From: Coprococcus sp.
GTDB taxonomy: Bacteria > Bacillota > Clostridia > Lachnospirales > Lachnospiraceae
Length of the DNA: 64,000 nucleotides
Assembly (NCBI GenBank): GCA_050874325.1
Contig: JBNMKK010000006.1
Location: 551 to 64,550 of the forward strand
Direction: 5' to 3'
Of the stretch, positions 56,936 to 64,000 are shown piece by piece. How positions within the stretch are numbered: position 1 is the stretch's first letter; the number at the start of each line of letters is the position of its first letter. The notes below the pieces were generated by a model. It had not been told where the DNA came from, did no database searches, and saw nothing but the letters and a program-made list of their open reading frames with translations. A program made the position numbers and the translations under genes.

Positions 56936-56965
56936 TTTATATACCCCCTAGGGGTATTTTGTCAA
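56936..56965 (-). promoter_or_regulatory. csoR-copA promoter with a CsoR operator in the spacer
   Basis: TTGACA-N18-TATAAA (or N16-TATATA) containing the palindrome ATACCCC-CTA-GGGGTAT (56941-56957), which matches the known CsoR-type TACCC..GGGTA site. Confidence 0.85.
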
Positions 56966-57003
56966 TAACAAATTATCTTATTGATAATATTATCCCAATA
57001 CAC

Positions 57004-57043
57004 AAAAAATACCCACCTTACCGTTCATTTGGTAAAGTGGGTA
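57004..57043 (-). terminator. Terminator after the lipoprotein gene
   Basis: TACCCAC-T-TTACC..GGTAA-G-GTGGGTA followed by TTTTTT on the minus strand. Confidence 0.8.
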
Positions 57044-57078
57044 CTTCCTATATCTTATAATCTTATTATATTCTTTCT

Positions 57079-58659
57079 TTACTCCTCGGCTGTTGTATCC
57101 GACTGAACATCGAGATCGTCTATATCAGCTGTGCCATCTGCAGAATCACTTGAATCACTGTCATCCACTGAATCTGATTCATCTCCCAGATCAACTGAAT
57201 CTGATCCATCACCGCCGATTATCATCTGGTCTGACATTGAACTGTCATCTATAGAATATGTCTGTGATGAGAGTACACTCTTCAGATCGATAAGGTCTCC
57301 TGTTACAGCATCAAGCATAATGAGCTGTGATGGATATGATGTATCAAGTCCACTCTCATTTGCTGAGGAATCTCCATCCTCTGCCTTCTCACACTGTGCG
57401 AAAACCCATACAGGAGTATACTTGTATTTATCTCCATCCTTTATCTTGTAGTATGCAAGTTCAACGTCATTGAACTCAATACTGCTGTACTGTGTCTTGT
57501 TGTCTGTGTAATATGTGTTTATGGCCTTAGGAAGTGCCTTCAGCGCATCCTTCCATGATATGAGATCTACATTCTCATCCTTGTCACCTGTTGCCTTGAA
57601 ATAATCATAGCAATATCCTGATACTATGCCATTGTCGTCTATATTGATCTCAAATGTCTCATCCATAGTATCATACCACGTATCGTCTGAGTTCAGTGAG
57701 TCTATGTTGTATACATATGGTGTGTATGGAGCAATACCGTCAACTGAACGCTTGTATGTAACCACATATCCATTTTTCTCTGTTGCAACTGTATTGTATG
57801 ACGAATCACTGTACTCCCATATAAGATCTGTACACTGAGTCTCTATGATATCTGATATTCCGCAGCTTGCAAGGAAGTCGATTCCTTTCTGTATAGCAGC
57901 ATCCTGAGTCATGGTTGCTGTGTTCGCTGAATCCTCGCCATCATAATAATCACTGCTGTAGCAGTACAGGGTTGATGCACCCTCCTTTGGCTTATAATTG
58001 ATGAGCTGATCTGACGGATAATAATCTATTGAGAATCCGCTGCTCGCACCTGTCTCCGTTGAGTTGAATGAGATCATGTACATATTCTCACCCTTTGAAC
58101 CTACAAATGCATCTGCCGAATAATCACCGGCGCCCTCTCTCTCATCACTTGCTGTCTTGAGCTGCTCCTTGAGTGATTTAATATAATCATCAAAGAAACT
58201 CTTGTCGTCATCAGACGTTGCCTGATCTGCAAGGCTCTGGAAATTCTCTATCTCTCGCTCAAGATCTCCCTTGTATGGTTTCTCCCAGCTGTAAGCATAT
58301 ACGCCCGCACTCACATCAAAGAAATTCTCACATACTCTCTTCTTGTACTCGTTATCCATCGTATTCTGCTGATAATAGAGAACTGACATCTTGTCTGTAT
58401 CAGGAACAACTATCTTGGATGCATCGATCTTCACTTCTTTAAGTCCTGTCTCGCTATCTATGTCTTCGATAGCACCCTGATATGAATCAGGGACATCCAG
58501 TCTGGATACAAGCTTTCCACCACCGCCGCCTGAACCATTCTCATCATCACCCATATTGTAGTCTACCTTCTTCTTGCCGCATCCTGTGAGGACCGTTCCT
58601 GCCACAAGTGATGATACAAGAATAAGGGTCAACGCTTTTCCATAACCTTTTTTCTTCAT
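57079..58659 (-). CDS. Lipoprotein of unknown function (paralog 1) with an acidic D/S-rich tail
   Basis: Lipobox VLTG-C, AGGAAAGG SD; clearly similar to the 58808-60212 gene. Confidence 0.85.
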   Translation of the reverse strand: MKKKGYGKALTLILVSSLVAGTVLTGCGKKKVDYNMGDDENGSGGGGGKLVSRLDVPDSYQGAIEDIDSETGLKEVKIDASKIVVPDTDKMSVLYYQQNTMDNEYKKRVCENFFDVSAGVYAYSWEKPYKGDLEREIENFQSLADQATSDDDKSFFDDYIKSLKEQLKTASDEREGAGDYSADAFVGSKGENMYMISFNSTETGASSGFSIDYYPSDQLINYKPKEGASTLYCYSSDYYDGEDSANTATMTQDAAIQKGIDFLASCGISDIIETQCTDLIWEYSDSSYNTVATEKNGYVVTYKRSVDGIAPYTPYVYNIDSLNSDDTWYDTMDETFEINIDDNGIVSGYCYDYFKATGDKDENVDLISWKDALKALPKAINTYYTDNKTQYSSIEFNDVELAYYKIKDGDKYKYTPVWVFAQCEKAEDGDSSANESGLDTSYPSQLIMLDAVTGDLIDLKSVLSSQTYSIDDSSMSDQMIIGGDGSDSVDLGDESDSVDDSDSSDSADGTADIDDLDVQSDTTAEE

Positions 58660-58807
58660 ATAATACCAACCTTTCCTGCTTTATAAGCACCACGACATCC
58701 ATGTACTCCCTGTCTCTTTAGGCGCATTTATTAAAATTATAATATATTTTAAAGTTAGTTACAACAAATATGTCATTCGTTAACATTTGTTCAGCTTTGT
58801 GATGATC

Positions 58808-60212
58808 CTAATATCTCAAAAGTGCTGACTTCAGATCTATGAGACTGCCATCCACAGCATTTATCATGATAAGCTGTACCGGAGGGAGAATGTCACTGTT
58901 GCCCCCATCTTGATCCAAGCTGCACTCTGTAAATGCCCACACTGGAACATATTTGTATCCATCGCCATCCTTGACCTTGTAATATGTCAATCTTACATCA
59001 TTGAATGTTATCTCGCTGTAATTCGTCTTATTCTCTGAAATAAAATGTGTTTACCGCATCCGGAAGAACCTTCAAAACCTCATCCCATGTCATAAGCTTT
59101 ACATTGTCATCTTTCTCACCCGTTGGTCTCGATATATCGACAGCATCTGCACTCAATATGCCATTGTCATCTACAGTGAGCCGATACACCTCATCAGCCT
59201 GTTCATACGTCACACTGTCATCTACATTTTCCAAGTCCCCTGAGGACGAATTTAAGGCATCAAGATTGTAGATTACAGGAGTATACACCGGTACACCGTC
59301 AACTCCTTTTTTGTACTTTATCACATAGCCATCGAGATCAAATCCAATATTTCCCATATCCTGGTTGGAATACTCCCACATATTGTCATAGCAATCCGTC
59401 TGCACTACATCATTTATACCGCAGCTTGCAAGAAATTCTAAGCCTTTTTTTATCGCATCATCCTTACTTATCTTAGCTGAATTATCGGGAAGTGTTCGTC
59501 CATTGTTGTATTCTGAACTATAACAGTTCACAAATGTAGCATTTTCCATAGGTCTGTAATCCAGGTAATCCCCAAATAAACTTATGTTAAATCCGGTATC
59601 ATATTGCTCGTCACTTCCAAATGATACCTGCCACATGTGCCCCTCTTTATAACCGACATAGTCATCAGCTGTATAATCCCCGGCACCTTCTCTCTCATCA
59701 GATGCCGTCTTCAGCTCATCACGCAGTTCTTTTATGGTTTCCCCATACTCAGCCTTTAAGGTCTCGTCAGTTTCACTGTCAGCATACTCCTGAAAGTCCT
59801 CTATCGTCTTCTCCAGATCTCCCTTGTACGGTTTTTCCGGATCATACACATACACGCCTTCGTTTACATCCAGAAAATTTTCACATATGCGTTTCTTGTA
59901 TTCACTGTCTATAACATTCTTTTGGCAGTATACAACGGACATCTTGTCTTTCTCCGGAACCGATATCTGCGCCGCGTCTATCCTGACCGCTGAAAGTCCT
60001 GTATCACTGCTTATCCCAGTGATGTCACCTTTGTAAGATTCTGGAACATTGAGTCTTGAAACCAGCATAGCTCCTGTATCCGCCTGCTCAGACTCTCCCT
60101 CCAGACCATAATCCACCTGTTTTTTTCCTCCACAGCCCGTGAGAGCTGTTCCGGATATAAATACCATGGCAAGAGCAAATGCCACCGTTTTCATGTAACC
60201 CCTTTTTCCCAT
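58808..60212 (-). pseudogene. Lipoprotein paralog 2, split by a single extra T (+1 frameshift) at about 59038-59040
   Basis: Lipobox ALTG-C. The frame ends NTFYFRE*, while the shifted frame continues SENKTNYSEITFNDVRLTYYKV, matching paralog 1 TDNKTQYSSIEFNDVELAYYKI, into ORF 58808-58990. Confidence 0.85.
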
Positions 60213-60288
60213 AAAAAATCTTATCCCCCTTAATTTGTATCTACACTATTTCATCCAGCGACGCCTCCACACTTTGTATACAGATCCA

Positions 60289-61365
60289 TTACTCCTTCGT
60301 GATGATGACCTTGCCATCGACAACCTGCACCTTTACTTTATTGCTGTCAATTCCCGCCGCAGCAAGCATATCAGGACTGATCTGTACACGGTTTGCCTTA
60401 TCGAGGATTGAGAACTCCTCATGTGAATCATCAGACGAAAATCCATCCGTGGACAGCTCGTTCATTCTGTCTTTATATGACTCCTTCATGATCTTCTCTG
60501 TGCTTATCTTTCCATCAGCGATCATGACCACACGGCCAACCTTGTTGGCAAGACTTATATCATGTGTAACTATGATTATCGTGATCCCAAGCTCCTCGTT
60601 CAGCTTTCTGAACAGATCCTGTATCATATTGGAGGTCTTGGTATCAACTGCACCGGTTGGCTCATCCGCGAGAAGTATCTTTGGATTGTTTGCAAGCGCT
60701 ATGGCTATGGCAACTCTCTGCTGCTCACCACCTGACATCTGTGAAGGATATGAGTCTATCTTATCCTCAAGTCCAACCCTGCAGAGCAGGTCATGGGCTC
60801 TCGCATATTTGTCTTCCTTGTTGCTCTTGTCAAAGTACATTGGAACCTGCACATTCTCTATGGCTGTCATATATGGAAGCAGATTTCTTGAGTTCTTCTG
60901 CCACACAAACCCCACCGTGTGCTTTCTGTACTCAACCAGTTCCTTGTCTGTCATGGCAAACAGATCCTTGCCGTCGACATACAGTTTTCCGGCTGTTGGT
61001 CGCTCAAGTCCACCTATCATGTTGAGCAGTGTGGACTTTCCTGATCCAGACTTTCCTATGACTGCCATAAGCTCACCATATTTTATGTTGAGTTCAAGAC
61101 CCTGTAGTGCCATTACCTCGACATCATCTGTCTTATATATCTTTACAAGACTGTCGCACTCTATGATATTCTCATTTGTCTCATTATTTTGCTCGGGTAC
61201 ATCCGTCTCGCTTTCCTCTGCAAGCTGCTGCTCCATACCATACACAAATTCCGGCGTTTCCTGCTCCTGTTCATCATGTGAACCATCGCCGGCATTTTCG
61301 AGTTCCGGTGCAATAGTCTCCGGATCATCATTCTTTTTCTTCTTAAATAAATGCTTATCGCCCAA
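60289..61365 (-). CDS. ABC transporter ATP-binding protein (LolD/MacB type) with an acidic N-terminal and a C-terminal extension
   Basis: GKSGSGKST, MSGGEQQRVAIA, LADEPTG, VTHD. Confidence 0.93.
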   Translation of the reverse strand: MGDKHLFKKKKNDDPETIAPELENAGDGSHDEQEQETPEFVYGMEQQLAEESETDVPEQNNETNENIIECDSLVKIYKTDDVEVMALQGLELNIKYGELMAVIGKSGSGKSTLLNMIGGLERPTAGKLYVDGKDLFAMTDKELVEYRKHTVGFVWQKNSRNLLPYMTAIENVQVPMYFDKSNKEDKYARAHDLLCRVGLEDKIDSYPSQMSGGEQQRVAIAIALANNPKILLADEPTGAVDTKTSNMIQDLFRKLNEELGITIIIVTHDISLANKVGRVVMIADGKISTEKIMKESYKDRMNELSTDGFSSDDSHEEFSILDKANRVQISPDMLAAAGIDSNKVKVQVVDGKVIITKE

Positions 61366-62107
61366 CTATCTCACCATCCTCTATCTCATATACCACATCT
61401 CCGAGTTCCATAAGTTTTGGGTCGTGGGTAGTCATAACTATCGTTATTCCTTCCTTGTACACCAGCTCCTGGAACAGTTTCATTACTGCAAGTCCTGACG
61501 CTGTATCCAGAGCTCCTGTAGGCTCATCCGCAAATATGACCTTCGGCTTGTGTGCCACCGCCCTTGCGATCGCAACTCTCTGCTGCTCACCACCTGACAT
61601 CTGATTTGGGAAATGTGTCATTCTGGATGAGAGCCCCACGAGGTCAAGCACCTCTCTGATCCTTGCATCCCTGTTGCCATCATACTCGGCAAGCCTGAGT
61701 CCGAAATCAACGTTCTCATACGCACTCATGATCGGGATAAGTGCCACCGACTGAAATACAAATCCTATATTGTATCTTCTGAGTTTCTCTTTTTCCTTCT
61801 CGTTCATCTGACTGTATACATGCTCTCCCACGATGACCTCGCCCTCTGTGGGGTCATCCAGTGCACTCAGTATATTCAAAAGTGTGGTCTTACCTGAACC
61901 AGAACGCCCCTTTAAGATAGTGAGCTTTCCGGTTGGCACAACCATATCAATACCTTTGAGGGCATAAAAGTCTTCGCCGCTTCCGAGTCTGAAACACCTC
62001 TTTATGCCCCTTGCCTCTATCATTATGTCATCAGCCGTCACATCCGCCTGCATATCGCCTGCAGAAGGATCAAATATATATTCTGTGTTCATTTCATTTT
62101 CACTCAT
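61355..62107 (-). CDS. ABC transporter ATP-binding protein (LolD/MacB type)
   Basis: GRSGSGKTT, MSGGEQQRVAIA, FADEPTG, TTHD. Confidence 0.93.
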   Translation of the reverse strand: MSENEMNTEYIFDPSAGDMQADVTADDIMIEARGIKRCFRLGSGEDFYALKGIDMVVPTGKLTILKGRSGSGKTTLLNILSALDDPTEGEVIVGEHVYSQMNEKEKEKLRRYNIGFVFQSVALIPIMSAYENVDFGLRLAEYDGNRDARIREVLDLVGLSSRMTHFPNQMSGGEQQRVAIARAVAHKPKVIFADEPTGALDTASGLAVMKLFQELVYKEGITIVMTTHDPKLMELGDVVYEIEDGEIVGR

Positions 62108-62110
62108 AGA

Positions 62111-64000
62111 TTAATCCTCCCCCAGTTTCAATGCCTGTGTGATATTCATCTTCTTCAATATAGTTCTTATTACCACGAAACATATGATGAACATGAGTAT
62201 TACAACTGCTGTAAGCTTTATCAGATCATATGGATCTACAGCTATTGATATAGCTATGTTGTGTGCCTCCGGCAGATATACTATAGCCACAAGTTTTACA
62301 AATAATATCGTGGCTGCAGCTCCAACTCCGTATCCCGCAAGGCTGGCGAGTACCGAGCTGAATATCTGCTCATTTATCAGCATCTTATTGATCTCATGCA
62401 TACTCATACCCATGGCTCTGTATATACCAAACAAAAGCTCTCTCTGTTTTATGGATGTTATCCAGTATATGAGGAATCCAACCATACAGAGTATTATCGC
62501 TATTATAAATGACAGTGAGAACAGTCCATTTGTGATAAGGACAAGAGGCGACTCCTGCATCTCCTGAATATCCTTATCAAGGCTGTCATACTGAACTATG
62601 TTTATGTCCTCCGCGTCAAGCGCGCTGAGTGCATCCCTGTAACTCTTGCCATCTGCAAGCCTCATCCATACCTGATATGGGGTCTGACTGAAAGCACTGA
62701 CAACATACGCATAGTTTGCCACAACGAGATATCTCTCAACTTCCTCCATCTCACCGTCAGAATTCTTCTGGTACACATACTGCTGGAATCCAGGGAATGC
62801 ATCCACTATCGCACATACCGTTCCGCTAGGTGACGCTATCTCTTCCTTCTCCTTGCCCTTTATAGGACTGTATCTTGCATAGTTTATTGAGTCTCCAACT
62901 TTGATATTGTACTTCTTTGCAAGGTTGGATGAAATGATGACACCATTTGACACCTCTGCAAGATCATTCAGGTAATTGAACCAGTGCTCCTTGTTCAGAC
63001 CGCTCTGTAGTTTCGCAGTCTCACCAAATTCTTTGGTGTTTATTCCCATAAGAACACTGCCCGCAAGCTCCTCTCCGCCTGCCTTGATCACCGCATCATC
63101 ATCATATATGACTCTTGTCACCTTGTCGCACACAGAACCCTCAAGCTTTGTATATCTCTCAAAATCTCCCTCTGTGTAATACCAGTGGGTCTTTTTGCTC
63201 TTGTCTATGTACATTCCTCTGGTCCACTGCTCCTGGACCACCAGATCAGTTCCAAGATTATAATTTATACGCTTTGTCTTATTGTCATTTATCGTTCGCG
63301 CCATATTGGAGTTGAACATTCCCATCGCGATAGTCATTACGAGGAACACGGATATAAATCCCTGTTTCTTTACAGTTCTTGTGATCTGAAGGAATGATGC
63401 GTACACAGCAGGTGACCATCTCTTCCTGCCGATCTTGTATATAAGTCTTATCAGATATTTGATAAGTCTGAGTACAAGAAGTCCAACCGCAAATATAAAC
63501 AGTGATGAATTCAGGAATATGACCGGATCAGGTCTCTTGCCTGAGAGTATATCCAGCGCTATCGTGGACTTCTGCTTGTTGTAATTGTATAGCAGATAGA
63601 TCGACAGTAATACAAGGATCACATCCACGAAAAACTTCTCCCAGAACGGCTTGTAATTTACCTTTCCTGTTCTGCTCTTCTGCTCCACTATCGAGTTCTT
63701 TGCATATTTGAGAACCGGAAGTGTCACAAACAGTATTGCTATGAGCGCTGCAGCCAGACTGTAAACCACCATCCACGGATCTATTCCATAAAAATGTGTA
63801 TCCTTAAACTCAAATTTCAGGAATGAACTTGCACTCGCAGCCATCTTACAGAGAAGATATCCCACAGGTATTCCTATTATTATCGCTATGATCGAAAGTA
63901 TAGCCGACTGTCCAAGATATATTCCAAGAACCTGTCTTGTACTCGTACCTCGGCTTTTTAACATGGCGATCTCTCCATCTTCCATCTCAAGTATCTGGCT
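62111..64000 (-). CDS. FtsX/MacB-type ABC permease (5' part beyond the right edge)
   Basis: The frame stays open to position 64000 (SQILEMEDGEIAMLKSRG); repeated FtsX motifs EIAMLKSRG and RELLFGIYRAMG. Confidence 0.9.
   Translation of the reverse strand, partial: SQILEMEDGEIAMLKSRGTSTRQVLGIYLGQSAILSIIAIIIGIPVGYLLCKMAASASSFLKFEFKDTHFYGIDPWMVVYSLAAALIAILFVTLPVLKYAKNSIVEQKSRTGKVNYKPFWEKFFVDVILVLLSIYLLYNYNKQKSTIALDILSGKRPDPVIFLNSSLFIFAVGLLVLRLIKYLIRLIYKIGRKRWSPAVYASFLQITRTVKKQGFISVFLVMTIAMGMFNSNMARTINDNKTKRINYNLGTDLVVQEQWTRGMYIDKSKKTHWYYTEGDFERYTKLEGSVCDKVTRVIYDDDAVIKAGGEELAGSVLMGINTKEFGETAKLQSGLNKEHWFNYLNDLAEVSNGVIISSNLAKKYNIKVGDSINYARYSPIKGKEKEEIASPSGTVCAIVDAFPGFQQYVYQKNSDGEMEEVERYLVVANYAYVVSAFSQTPYQVWMRLADGKSYRDALSALDAEDINIVQYDSLDKDIQEMQESPLVLITNGLFSLSFIIAIILCMVGFLIYWITSIKQRELLFGIYRAMGMSMHEINKMLINEQIFSSVLASLAGYGVGAAATILFVKLVAIVYLPEAHNIAISIAVDPYDLIKLTAVVILMFIICFVVIRTILKKMNITQALKLGED

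Noticed and set aside
58808-58990. Independent 60-aa gene
   Set aside because: It is the frameshifted C-terminus of lipoprotein paralog 2.
60299-61498. 399-aa plus-strand ORF
   Set aside because: Antisense shadow of the ABC ATPase genes, with typical S/I/F-rich shadow composition. The same applies to 2283-3194, 747-1367, 54938-55582, 51140-51853 and the other plus-strand ORFs overlapping assigned genes.

Overview
Chromosomal segment of a Lachnospiraceae-like Clostridia genome (inferred from gene content, sigma-A promoters and strong AGGAGG Shine-Dalgarno sites). Almost all genes are on the minus strand. Housekeeping blocks, left to right: radA (partial), a small conserved protein and clpC; purM-purN-purD; a divergent sugar-binding-domain/GGDEF protein; M29 aminopeptidase; panG-like/panB/panC/coaBC/vanZ; purE; a large beta-propeller hybrid sensor kinase with a degenerate ATP-binding domain; M18 aminopeptidase; an ABC pair; addB-addA; topB; type III glutamine synthetase; tyrS; an O-antigen-ligase-like protein; cls; csoR-copA; two paralogous lipoproteins (one frameshifted); and a MacB/FtsX-type ABC exporter that runs off the right edge. 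Accessory material is concentrated at 36.9-49.2 kb. Top candidate: directly after tyrS, a sigma-A promoter drives an about 210-nt non-coding leader that contains an H-type pseudoknot, further helices and a perfect intrinsic terminator, followed by a PBECR4-like RNase gene. This layout resembles a type III (RNA-antitoxin) toxin-antitoxin or Abi module, but with a nuclease family I do not know to be described in that role. Second candidate: an Rpn-family nuclease with an in-frame internal AAGGAGG-N11-GTG start exactly at the beginning of nine tandem 45-nt repeats, suggesting an intragenic antitoxin made almost entirely of repeats. There is also an operon of Ser/Thr kinase, degenerate SEDS-like membrane protein, PncC-like protein and metallophosphatase beside an apparent head-to-head deletion scar. 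No rRNA, tRNA, CRISPR array or IS transposase was recognised. Family assignments come from motif recognition by eye, not database searches.
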